The translations under genes were made by a program, and so were the position numbers. From a virus: a stretch of DNA of 64,000 nt. Under the pieces are notes generated by a model. The model saw nothing but the letters and a program-made list of their open reading frames with translations. It did not search any database and was not told where the DNA came from. Every line of letters starts with the position of its first letter. Position 1 is the first letter of the stretch. The stretch covers positions 1 through 64,000 of IMG/VR virus record IMGVR_UViG_3300027749_000049; one strand, written 5' to 3'. This document shows, one piece after another, positions 48,378 through 57,533 of the stretch.

Positions 48378-48452
48378 ATGCCGGAAGTAGTAGTTAGAGA
48401 AGAAACACCAGACGGCCGAACCACACATTGGGTTCCAAGTCTACAATCATAG
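48378..48452 (+). CDS. Possible 24-aa micro-ORF
   Basis: MPEVVVREETPDGRTTHWVPSLQS*, preceded by GTATAAT at 48351. Confidence 0.3.
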   Translation: MPEVVVREETPDGRTTHWVPSLQS

Positions 48453-48463
48453 TATAATAAAAT

Positions 48464-48817
48464 ATGAAAGATATTATTGACTTGGGCAATCTAGTATTTA
48501 ATCAGCTAGTAAAATCACATGGGGAACTTGAAGAGTCTAGGACCCTGTTTCTTTATGGAATCACAGTTGGTTCAGATTGGCAAGTATTGGGTTCAGTAAA
48601 GGTCGTAATAATTGACCAAACTGGAGTATCAATTAATTTTGAAGATCAGATAATTACTGATGTAAACAGTCAATGGAAACAAATAATTACAAATCGCCAA
48701 GGAGTTAAAGCAGCCGCTGAGCTTTCAAAAATAAAATCAAATACTAAACAATTTAAGGACGGGGAAACCTATGAATTTTGGCAAAATGAAGGTCCTTGGA
48801 GAGAAATAAATTTTTAA
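48464..48817 (+). CDS. Hypothetical protein
   Basis: 117-aa ORF 5 nt after AGTATAAT. Confidence 0.6.
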   Translation: MKDIIDLGNLVFNQLVKSHGELEESRTLFLYGITVGSDWQVLGSVKVVIIDQTGVSINFEDQIITDVNSQWKQIITNRQGVKAAAELSKIKSNTKQFKDGETYEFWQNEGPWREINF

Positions 48818-48821
48818 AAAT

Positions 48822-49055
48822 ATGAAAAGACTTGGATTAATTAATAGTGGAGCACTTTCGTATAATCATCGAATTTATTGGGAAACTCAATTATTCGCTA
48901 GAGTCAGAAAGTGGTCAGATGGTATTACCATTTTTAAATTTGATATAAACTGGGATCGTTATGTTAGTGATCATACCCCGGCATTTCAAATAGAGCTAAC
49001 AATTTTAAACATATATAATCAAATACACATACACCAAAATAATTATGAAGAATAA
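48822..49055 (+). CDS. Hypothetical protein
   Basis: 77-aa ORF in the operon. Confidence 0.6.
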   Translation: MKRLGLINSGALSYNHRIYWETQLFARVRKWSDGITIFKFDINWDRYVSDHTPAFQIELTILNIYNQIHIHQNNYEE

Positions 49056-49140
49056 AATAGAAAAAATAGCCACACATTTACTGCTAATATTGGGAATCTT
49101 ATTATTTTTTAGTATACCATTTTTAGTATGGTCAATTTAA
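49045..49140 (+). CDS. Small single-TM protein (31 aa, below the ORF-track cutoff)
   Basis: MKNKIEKIATHLLLILGILLFFSIPFLVWSI* fills the operon gap. Confidence 0.5.
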   Translation: MKNKIEKIATHLLLILGILLFFSIPFLVWSI

Positions 49141-49155
49141 AAAAAAAATAAAAAT

Positions 49156-49452
49156 ATGAAAAAACTATTATTAATTATAATGTTAATATTAACATTAACC
49201 ACATTTTCGCAGAATTATACAGATTCGGTTTCTTGTAGACAAACAATAAGTATGTATAAGAGAATAGAATCTAAACTACAATCTAGCATAACTGCCCAGG
49301 GTAATACGTTAAAAACAAAAAATTTAGAAATAGGTTTATTAAATGAGACTATTATTAAAAACAATAAACGGATTAAAAAGCAAAAGATATACAAATGGTT
49401 GTCAATTTTAGGTAATGTTGGGCTAGTTTGGTATATTATAAAAACCAATTAA
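49156..49452 (+). CDS. Hypothetical exported/membrane protein
   Basis: Signal peptide, coiled coil and C-terminal TM helix. Confidence 0.6.
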   Translation: MKKLLLIIMLILTLTTFSQNYTDSVSCRQTISMYKRIESKLQSSITAQGNTLKTKNLEIGLLNETIIKNNKRIKKQKIYKWLSILGNVGLVWYIIKTN

Positions 49453-49453
49453 T

Positions 49454-50014
49454 ATGAAAAGCAAAGAAGACATAGAACAGTTAGCTAAAACTGAATATCC
49501 AATTAAAATAGGGGGTTCAATGTGGATGCCTAATACTAATGATATTAAAAAATCTAATAAACAAGAAGGTTATATCAAAGGCTACACTCAATGCCAAGAA
49601 GATATGATAAAAGAAGAACTTAAAGATTGGGATGTAACGTTAAATGATGGTTTAGAAGATGAACCATATGTTTCAGATGACTTTCAAATTGGTCCAGATG
49701 GAGCATATGAGCATACCGAAGATATGACACCAAAAGAAAAAGCAAAAGATGAATTAATCAAAGTATTATACTCTCAAGTAATAGATTTAACCATGATGTC
49801 CAAAATAGAATTAGGTGATGCTGTAATTGCTGAAATTAAAAGATTGCAAGATATTATTGATAAGCCAAATACAAAAGAAGAGTTAGACTTATGGTGTAAC
49901 TATAGTAATATGCTTTCGCCAATGGCTTACATTGAATGTGAATACTGTGGTGAATTAAAAAGCGTGTGTGAGTGCATACACGAAGAAAAAATTAAACAAC
50001 AAACAGAAATATGA
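49454..50014 (+). CDS. Hypothetical mosaic protein
   Basis: 186-aa ORF; PYVSDDFQIGPDGAYE segment and C-terminal Cys cluster. Confidence 0.6.
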   Translation: MKSKEDIEQLAKTEYPIKIGGSMWMPNTNDIKKSNKQEGYIKGYTQCQEDMIKEELKDWDVTLNDGLEDEPYVSDDFQIGPDGAYEHTEDMTPKEKAKDELIKVLYSQVIDLTMMSKIELGDAVIAEIKRLQDIIDKPNTKEELDLWCNYSNMLSPMAYIECEYCGELKSVCECIHEEKIKQQTEI

Positions 50015-50316
50015 AAAGACTAATAATATTAGCAATAGCAATCTCTGCAACTACGCTGAGCTGCAAAACAGATAAACACACATTGACAAACAAAGAAGAA
50101 CTTGAATGGTCAACTAAAGGTGATACAATATTACGTAACAATAAACCAGTTGCTGTATACAATCATTTAGAATATGAACTGTATAATGGCAAAGCAACTA
50201 TTGAAATATCAATAGATCAGATTGACCGCTCTCCGGAAAACACAATTCCTTTAATTAAATATGTTCACCTTAAACATAAGAAAAACAAGGTAGAAATTGT
50301 AGTACAAAATAAATAA
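50011..50316 (+). CDS. Putative lipoprotein
   Basis: Signal peptide with lipobox TLSC. Confidence 0.65.
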   Translation: MKRLIILAIAISATTLSCKTDKHTLTNKEELEWSTKGDTILRNNKPVAVYNHLEYELYNGKATIEISIDQIDRSPENTIPLIKYVHLKHKKNKVEIVVQNK

Positions 50317-51600
50317 ATGAACAACCTCGATAACCAATATCAAAAACTCCTAACTGACATTTTAAAGAATGGTGTCTATAAGTCTGACCGAACTGGTACA
50401 GGAACTCTATCAGTATTTGGAAGACAAATCAGACATAAAATGTCAGAAGGCTTTCCTTTACTCACAACTAAGAAGATGGCATTTAAAACTATTGTAACTG
50501 AATTGTTATGGTTCTTAAAAGGTGATACTAATATCAAGTTCTTAGTTGATAACGGATGTCATATTTGGGATGGTGATGCATATAAGAATTATGAAAAGAC
50601 CGTTAAGCTATCAATTGATAAAGCTACTGACGAGGGTATACTTAAAGAGGCAACTGATTACAATATTCTAAGTAAAGAAGGATTTATTGAACGTATTAAA
50701 ACAGATGATGAGTTTGCTAAAGAGTGGGGTGATTTAGGCTTAATTTATGGTAAGCAATGGAGAAGTTGGAGCCGAAACGCAACTCGTGATGAGAAAATAG
50801 TTGACCCTGGTGTTTATACAAAACAAATAGACCAAATCGCAAACCTAATCAACGACCTTAAAACAAATCCAGACTCAAGACGATTAATGGTTAATGCTTG
50901 GAATGTAGGTGAATTAGACCAAATGGTTCTTCCTCCTTGTCATTATGGATTTCAAGTTTATACAAGAGAGTTGAGTTGGGAAGAAAGAGAAGACTATGGT
51001 TATAAGATAAATATAGATGGAATATTAACAAAAGAATGGGCTGACAAGTTACGTTTACCGACAAGAGCAATCTCTTTAATGTGGAATCAACGTTCAGTAG
51101 ATACATTCTTAGGGTTACCATTCAACATTGCATCTTATGGCTTATTGTTAGAGATCATTGCTACTGCAGTTAATATGGTTCCCGATGAATTGATTGGTAA
51201 TCTAGGTGATGTACACTTGTATTCAAATCATATTGAACAAGCAAAAGAACAGATCGGTAGAAAATATGACCATGAAGAAAGGGAGACCATGCTAAAAGAT
51301 GCAATGAGCTGGCATTTGTATAACAAAGCGGTTAACGAATTGATGCCATTTGGTGGAGGTATGTCTGAGTATTATGATGCTCACAAAATTCCTTATCGAA
51401 CAAGAGCACCTTATCCGTTACCTTCTCTAAATATCAATACTGAATTTTGGCCTAGGGAAACTGAAGACGGTCCAATAAATGCAGTCTCAGTATTTAATAA
51501 TTTCCCTGATATTTATTTTTGTAAATGTTTGTTGGAAGAAGATATTCAGTTAGCTAATTATCAATCTCACCCAACCATTAAAGCACCTTTATCTAATTAA
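50317..51600 (+). CDS. thyA: Thymidylate synthase
   Basis: DRTGTGT, FPLLTTKK, YGKQWR, LPPCH, QRSVD.FLGLPFNIASY and HLYSNH. Confidence 0.96.
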   Translation: MNNLDNQYQKLLTDILKNGVYKSDRTGTGTLSVFGRQIRHKMSEGFPLLTTKKMAFKTIVTELLWFLKGDTNIKFLVDNGCHIWDGDAYKNYEKTVKLSIDKATDEGILKEATDYNILSKEGFIERIKTDDEFAKEWGDLGLIYGKQWRSWSRNATRDEKIVDPGVYTKQIDQIANLINDLKTNPDSRRLMVNAWNVGELDQMVLPPCHYGFQVYTRELSWEEREDYGYKINIDGILTKEWADKLRLPTRAISLMWNQRSVDTFLGLPFNIASYGLLLEIIATAVNMVPDELIGNLGDVHLYSNHIEQAKEQIGRKYDHEERETMLKDAMSWHLYNKAVNELMPFGGGMSEYYDAHKIPYRTRAPYPLPSLNINTEFWPRETEDGPINAVSVFNNFPDIYFCKCLLEEDIQLANYQSHPTIKAPLSN

Positions 51601-51603
51601 AAT

Positions 51604-51951
51604 ATGGAAATTAGAAAAATAACCTATAAGGAAGTTGATCATGAATTCAGCGAACTTAAGCCTGATCTATTAGATGAATATGCAACCTATTATGGGTGCT
51701 TTATTAAGGATGACTTGGTTGGAGTAGTTTCATATGTTGAACACGCTGCTGTAATTTATCTTTGCCATGCATATGTTAAAGAAGAACACAGAAGTCAGGG
51801 TATCTATAAATTATTGTGGAACTATAGAGACTCTAAAATAAAAGAATCAGATAAATCTATTTATGCACATTGTAATGTTGATAGTTTAAAATATTTTATC
51901 AACAACGGATATGCAATTGAAAAGGCCCTATTTAAAGTAGTTAAATTATGA
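51604..51951 (+). CDS. GNAT-family acetyltransferase
   Basis: YVKEEHRSQGIY acetyl-CoA-binding motif; SLKYFINNGY. Confidence 0.8.
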   Translation: MEIRKITYKEVDHEFSELKPDLLDEYATYYGCFIKDDLVGVVSYVEHAAVIYLCHAYVKEEHRSQGIYKLLWNYRDSKIKESDKSIYAHCNVDSLKYFINNGYAIEKALFKVVKL

Positions 51952-52154
51952 AGAAAGTATTAAGAATTGAACCGTATTGTTATAAAACATGGTCACCAGC
52001 CTTTAAGCAAATTGGCTTAATTTCCCCGTATATTACATATAATCCAGAAGGTCACTTTGTTGAACCTGGAGTTAGCTCTTGGCTATTAATAGTAAGCTTT
52101 AATATACTAATTTGGGATTTTGGATTCAGGATCTATTATGATCTTGAGTATTAA
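51948..52154 (+). CDS. Hypothetical protein
   Basis: 68-aa ORF with ATGA overlap. Confidence 0.5.
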   Translation: MKKVLRIEPYCYKTWSPAFKQIGLISPYITYNPEGHFVEPGVSSWLLIVSFNILIWDFGFRIYYDLEY

Positions 52155-53536
52155 GCAGTTGCAGTTGAGTCTAATGAACTAGCAAAAGCTTTTGCTTTTT
52201 GAAAACCAACCGAAACAACTGCTCCATCTAATGAAGTTCCCCAACCTGCATTTGACCTAATATAGTCAGTAACTGCTGAATCTAAATCTGAATAGTTATT
52301 TGGATCTTTACCGTGTCTTTTAAATGAATCAATAAAATATAGGATTGCAAATTCTGCCGCAACCTCAGGTTTTTCAAGAAGTTCAGGATTTTTAACAATG
52401 TCAATACTACCTAAAGCCTGATTTGTCTTATTATAAATCTTTTGTAGATTTTCGTAATTTCCTTTGAAAGTTATTCCGTTAAAACCTCGGCCTCTGTATT
52501 TTTCTCCATCTCCTGGTGCAGTATTACCGTACATTCCACCATATACTGCTTCCCAAAATTTATGGTCAAATTCAGTTTTACCTAATTGTTTCCAACCTTC
52601 AATTTCTTGATCTGAGTATTTTGTAATTCTGGCTCCAAATACTTCTTTCATTCTTGCAAGTGATGTACTAAAATAGGAAGTTTCGCTACCGCCCTTTGAA
52701 GACTCTTTTGAAATTACACCTAAAATTGCTTTACGTGCAAATTCATTAGTTATTCCATTTTTATCCATTGACTGTTCTAATGCAATCATATTTTCTTTTG
52801 GAAAACCTCCTCCAGCTTTAAAATTAGTGCCTTTACCTGCAATTAATGAAGTTGAATATTTGTCTAAATCAGCTTGAGAAAAATTCTTTTCTTTTAATTT
52901 TGCAATAAGTCGCTTAATTAGATCTGAATCAATTGTAGCAACTTTTTGATTACCGCCAGCCATTGGGCTAGCTTTGTCAACTGTTGTTTCTTTATCAAAT
53001 ACGGATAAGTCAATTGGATCGTCAAAATGATCCATTACATATTGTTTAATGGTTGCACCCTCAGTTGCAGCCTTATGGCCTGGATTAACTTCGCCATGGC
53101 CAAATATTTGATTCTTAGTATAACCAAGATGTTTAATAATCTTTAATACTGCAATTCCTTGTTCAGGCATTTGTATATCAGCATCATTCTTTGCAATAAC
53201 TTCAACCCCTTGGGCATTTGAATTTGAAATTCCTGGAGGTGCTCCACGATAACCGTCAGATGCTCCAACATGAGCGCCTCTTGAATTTGAAGGAAGTGTT
53301 TTATAAATTGTACCGTCTCTATCAACCACCCACTGTACGCCTAATTTACCTCTAGAATTTAAAACGCCAACAACGCCAGATGCAGTTCCACGACCAGCGG
53401 TATGGTGAATTATGAAAAAATTATTTGATGCAAGAGGTTCTCCTTTTCTAGCATATTGTGACTCAGCTGAAATATCAATAATTTCGTCAGCTGCTTCATT
53501 AATTATTTTAGTAAATTGGTTAAACGTTTTAAGCAT
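52151..53536 (-). CDS. Two-domain peptidoglycan hydrolase: Amidase_2 + GH19-like
   Basis: IIHHTAG...GAHVG...GVEV...GHGEV amidase motifs; YGGMYGN...GDGEKYRGRGFNGIT GH19 motif; N-terminal LKTFNQF..IINE tag. Confidence 0.85.
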   Translation of the reverse strand: MLKTFNQFTKIINEAADEIIDISAESQYARKGEPLASNNFFIIHHTAGRGTASGVVGVLNSRGKLGVQWVVDRDGTIYKTLPSNSRGAHVGASDGYRGAPPGISNSNAQGVEVIAKNDADIQMPEQGIAVLKIIKHLGYTKNQIFGHGEVNPGHKAATEGATIKQYVMDHFDDPIDLSVFDKETTVDKASPMAGGNQKVATIDSDLIKRLIAKLKEKNFSQADLDKYSTSLIAGKGTNFKAGGGFPKENMIALEQSMDKNGITNEFARKAILGVISKESSKGGSETSYFSTSLARMKEVFGARITKYSDQEIEGWKQLGKTEFDHKFWEAVYGGMYGNTAPGDGEKYRGRGFNGITFKGNYENLQKIYNKTNQALGSIDIVKNPELLEKPEVAAEFAILYFIDSFKRHGKDPNNYSDLDSAVTDYIRSNAGWGTSLDGAVVSVGFQKAKAFASSLDSTATA

Positions 53537-53537
53537 A

Positions 53538-53906
53538 TTAAATATGTTCTATTTTAGGTAGAGTTTCTAAATTAAATTTATCAATAGCAGCAGCCGTTTC
53601 TGGGCCAAAATATCCATCTACTCCGTATTTTTCAAGTTTATATCCTAAAAATTCTAATGCAAGTTGAATATTTTCAACCATTTTAGAATATTCAAACTTG
53701 CCTGAAAGTTGAGTATTAACTGATTTATTTGAATTTGCAAAGTCTTCAAGGGTTTTATAAAAGTCGGCAACTTTTGCATCAAGTACACCTTGGTTTTCAG
53801 TATTTCCTTGAGTTTTAGTATCGCCTTTTTCACTCTTACCGGTTAGCCAGTCCCAAAAACCATCTTCATTGATGGTTGAATTAAATTCGGTAAATGTTTT
53901 AATCAT
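53538..53906 (-). CDS. Peptidoglycan-binding domain protein
   Basis: VENIQLALEFLGY...GVDGYFGPETAAAI; N-terminal IKTFTEF..INE tag. Confidence 0.8.
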   Translation of the reverse strand: MIKTFTEFNSTINEDGFWDWLTGKSEKGDTKTQGNTENQGVLDAKVADFYKTLEDFANSNKSVNTQLSGKFEYSKMVENIQLALEFLGYKLEKYGVDGYFGPETAAAIDKFNLETLPKIEHI

Positions 53907-53956
53907 GTTAAACTTTAAATATTTATTGTGTACTATATTGTAAAGTTATTTATCTA

Positions 53957-54709
53957 ATGCCTGAATCAATTAAAAGAGTTGTGCTGAATGGATTTCGATA
54001 CTATCAAGTATCTGATTCAACTGGAATATTGGGAACTTTCCCAAGTGTAACTTCTGTGCTTGGAGATACCTCTGATAAATCTGGGCTTGATGCTTGGAGA
54101 AACCGGATAGGTCATCAAAAAGCTGATCAAATAGGTCAAGATGCAGCTAACCGTGGAACGGTAATGCACAGACTATGCGAAATTTATCTTAATTTGCCAC
54201 AGTCAATGTCTGCTAAGGACAGACTTGAGGACACCCTGGCCTTGGCCAGAATAGATGATGAGATTGATCAATTTGATAATCGGGCAAAAATTGTAGGCGG
54301 CATGCTCTTCTATAATTTTATAAAATCAAATTCATTTGACGAAATTAAACGGGTAATTGCTCAAGAGCGATTCCTATGGACCGCAAGAGACGGTGGATTT
54401 GCTGGTACTGTAGATAATGTTTCTGAATTAATAACCGGTGACCATGCAATTGTAGATTTTAAAACTGCTCGTAAACCCAAGGAAGAAAAATGGATTGAAG
54501 ACTATAAAAATCAAGTTGCAGCATATTCAGTTGCGGTTTGGGACCGCATGCAGGTTAAAACAGTTACTTGCAGAATTTGGATTTCAAATGAAGTAAACTT
54601 AGCGCCACAACATTTTAGAATGGACTCTAGCGAAATGCGAGAATACTATTTTAAATTCAGAGAAAGATTAGCAGAATTCTATAAGAAGAATCCGCCAATT
54701 GTACTTTAG
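53957..54709 (+). CDS. PD-(D/E)XK (Cas4-like) exonuclease
   Basis: PSVTSVL, RGTVMH, AGTVD, IVDFKT and QVAAY motifs. Confidence 0.88.
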   Translation: MPESIKRVVLNGFRYYQVSDSTGILGTFPSVTSVLGDTSDKSGLDAWRNRIGHQKADQIGQDAANRGTVMHRLCEIYLNLPQSMSAKDRLEDTLALARIDDEIDQFDNRAKIVGGMLFYNFIKSNSFDEIKRVIAQERFLWTARDGGFAGTVDNVSELITGDHAIVDFKTARKPKEEKWIEDYKNQVAAYSVAVWDRMQVKTVTCRIWISNEVNLAPQHFRMDSSEMREYYFKFRERLAEFYKKNPPIVL

Positions 54710-56670
54710 GCAATCTCAGTTCGGTCAGTTATCTTTCTTAAAAGATCCAATCTAACTGGAGTAGGTCTTTCAGCTCCACCAAATGTTCGTAAGTAAATAA
54801 ACGGCTGATTTGCAGTATTTCTGGTTGTATAATCGCATTTAGATAAAATACCCCAATTGTTTTGGTGATTTGCAATATAATAATGATCTCCAGCTCTGGC
54901 CATTAATTTATCCTGTTCTGTAACTGGTTCAAGACTTAGGGCAACTAATCCCATTCCAACAAATGGACCTTCAACTGTTTTACCGGTAACTACATTAATC
55001 AAGCTAATATTACGCGGATTACTGATTAATTCCTGTGGACTTTCAACTGACCGTGTTGCTCTACCTATTTTTTCAACTGCTACAAATACTGGAACGCCAG
55101 CGGCTCCTCTAAGGGTTGCTTGTTGAGGTTCTGCTAGAACTACAAATTTTGCAAAATTACCAGTTCTGATTTTCTTAAGCAGGTCAAGATTATCCAAAGT
55201 TTGGCGATTATTAACAGCCTGTTTTAATTCAGCTCCAGTAAAATCAAGTTTACCAAATAGGGCTTTATCTGCAGTTCTGGCCAAGTTTTGAGAACGATCT
55301 CTTTCAATACGTTCTCTTTCTGCTTGAGCTTCAGCATCTCGACGTTGTTGAACTACTTCAGGACGTAATCTATTACTAATAAATGTTTTACCAGCTGGGG
55401 TTAGGTTAACTCTATCTAAGTCCGGAATACTTTCAATATTTACTTTAACCCAGGTTGATTTATCATCAGTTGTTCGAGTATCACTTGCATTTCCTGGTGT
55501 AATCTCTCCAGCCTCAATTCGGATAGCATCATTAATATTTACAGCAATATAAGTCCCGTTACGTACATCAACCACATACCTAATTGGTAAGCTACCATAA
55601 CTTGCATCATACAGATAGCTTTTAACTACAATAAAGTCGCCAACTTGCCATTCTGCATCTGGCTCTGCGCCAAATTGTGTAATACGAGAAGCAAGACGTT
55701 GTCGAGTTTCAGCCTCTTCACGAGTTCTACGCTCTCTATCTGCAATTGCTTGGCGTTCTGCTCTTTCTCTGTCAAGGCGCTGTACTTCTGATCTAGCTGC
55801 ATTAATTGAGGTTAATCTCTCATTTGGTACACGGCCGTCTCGGCCTAATGAAGCCAAATAAGCATCATCTAATTTTGTTAAAAATGTATCAGGTAAAATT
55901 GAAAGAAGCTCATCATCAATATCAAATCTGTCGGGTTTTGTGTTATTAAAACCAATTTGGCGTTCAATAAATCTTTCAGCTACATCAATTTTTGATTGAG
56001 TGCTTATACCTTTATCCATTGCCATCCAACTACCTGGACCAATTATGGCTAAGGCATCATCGACTGATGGTGTTCCATCTGGATTTGCTTTATAGTCTAA
56101 TAATGATCCCCAAGCTTTGTCCTTTTCAGGAGTTCCACTTGAGTTTGATGAAATATAACCCGCATATTTTAATAGTGTTCTGTACAATTTATAACCTAAT
56201 CCTGTACCCCTAAGCGCAGGTCTAATTCCATCATTTGGGAAATGGCTTCGTTGAAATGAGCTTGGCTCTTCAGTTCTAAGATAAATTGAAGTACCTGATG
56301 GATAAACATCTCTCCATTTACCAAAATCATCTTTCATTCTACCTTCATCAATCTGCTTGAGTTCTTTAAGTAAATCAACAATTGGTTGTGGAAATCTTGG
56401 ATAGTAGTCTCTTGTATTACTAGGCTTTTCCATTGTAATCTCAAGTCTAGTAACCTGCTTTAGTGCACGAGTTAACTCAGCAGCAACTTCTGCGTAACTT
56501 CTACGAACTGGCTGATTTGCAAGCTGCTGTCTACGAGTAACGGTTTCCTGTCTAGCTCTACCAATATGACTGCCCGCTAATCGTTCAGGGCGTTTAACTC
56601 CCATTTCATCAACTAGCCCACCCTGATTAATATTTGATTCATTAATTGTTTCTATAAAAGACTTTGCCAT
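54706..56670 (-). CDS. Large putative virion-internal protein with GNAT-like motif
   Basis: N-terminal KSFIETINE; IRPALRGTGLGYKLY resembles GNAT motif A; TATTTAT at 56696. Confidence 0.55.
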   Translation of the reverse strand: MAKSFIETINESNINQGGLVDEMGVKRPERLAGSHIGRARQETVTRRQQLANQPVRRSYAEVAAELTRALKQVTRLEITMEKPSNTRDYYPRFPQPIVDLLKELKQIDEGRMKDDFGKWRDVYPSGTSIYLRTEEPSSFQRSHFPNDGIRPALRGTGLGYKLYRTLLKYAGYISSNSSGTPEKDKAWGSLLDYKANPDGTPSVDDALAIIGPGSWMAMDKGISTQSKIDVAERFIERQIGFNNTKPDRFDIDDELLSILPDTFLTKLDDAYLASLGRDGRVPNERLTSINAARSEVQRLDRERAERQAIADRERRTREEAETRQRLASRITQFGAEPDAEWQVGDFIVVKSYLYDASYGSLPIRYVVDVRNGTYIAVNINDAIRIEAGEITPGNASDTRTTDDKSTWVKVNIESIPDLDRVNLTPAGKTFISNRLRPEVVQQRRDAEAQAERERIERDRSQNLARTADKALFGKLDFTGAELKQAVNNRQTLDNLDLLKKIRTGNFAKFVVLAEPQQATLRGAAGVPVFVAVEKIGRATRSVESPQELISNPRNISLINVVTGKTVEGPFVGMGLVALSLEPVTEQDKLMARAGDHYYIANHQNNWGILSKCDYTTRNTANQPFIYLRTFGGAERPTPVRLDLLRKITDRTEIA

Positions 56671-56753
56671 AATTATATAAAAAATACTTTTTAGTTATTT
56701 ATTCTTGAATCCGGTTAGATAACCATAGTAGAATACTTAAAAAGATTTGGATC

Positions 56754-57476
56754 ATGCAAAAACTCACATTTACTAAATACTCTATCCTAGTTTCATTTTG
56801 GGATGAAACTTCTGAAAAATGGATCGACCGAAATATTGCTGATACGAGCTTACCTATTACTTGGTATTTACCATATGAAGTTCATATAGAAAAAAATGTT
56901 ACCTTAAGAGACATTATTAATATGTTAACTCCATATTCTGAGCAATTAAATTTTGTATTTCTTGCATATCTTAATGGCGTGCAAGTTGAAGACCTATTTA
57001 TAGAATTGTTAAGTCGACCGGCTGAGCCGCATAATCTTAAAATAGATGCAATTTGTCTATTGTGGATGGGTAAAGTAAAACCTTTACCTGATATAGATGA
57101 TCCAAAAATATACACATTTTCAGCCCTACTAGCTCTAGAAATTATTGATGAAGAAGATGATGGATCAGAGGACGAACTCCATAGCATTTATGATATAACA
57201 GTTGATCAATTATTAGATACGTCAATTGTGATCGATGATTTCCTAGAATATTATGATGATGATAAACATGATGATGCACTATTTAGTGGAATAACTGATT
57301 GGCAATTTTTTGATTTTATCCGAACAATATTAAGCGAATTGGTTCTTTATAGTTTTACAACTGATATAATTAAAAAATCTGAATTAGATACTGCCCCAAT
57401 TGGAGCAGCTGAATTATTTGAACATCTTGATAAATTAGATAAATTTTTTAAAGATGAACCAACTGATTTAGGTTAG
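56754..57476 (+). CDS. Hypothetical acidic protein
   Basis: 240-aa ORF. Confidence 0.65.
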   Translation: MQKLTFTKYSILVSFWDETSEKWIDRNIADTSLPITWYLPYEVHIEKNVTLRDIINMLTPYSEQLNFVFLAYLNGVQVEDLFIELLSRPAEPHNLKIDAICLLWMGKVKPLPDIDDPKIYTFSALLALEIIDEEDDGSEDELHSIYDITVDQLLDTSIVIDDFLEYYDDDKHDDALFSGITDWQFFDFIRTILSELVLYSFTTDIIKKSELDTAPIGAAELFEHLDKLDKFFKDEPTDLG

Positions 57477-57533
57477 TGGTAATATAATATGCAATCGAAA
57501 GTATCTAAGCTTTTGTGGTATATTATATTAAGT

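Noticed and set aside
50317-51600. Intron or intein in thyA (also checked terL)
   Set aside because: The extra length is made of in-frame insertions without intein terminal motifs or an interrupted ORF.
53957-54709. Cas4 as evidence of CRISPR-Cas
   Set aside because: A solo PD-(D/E)XK exonuclease common in phages, with no array or other cas genes.
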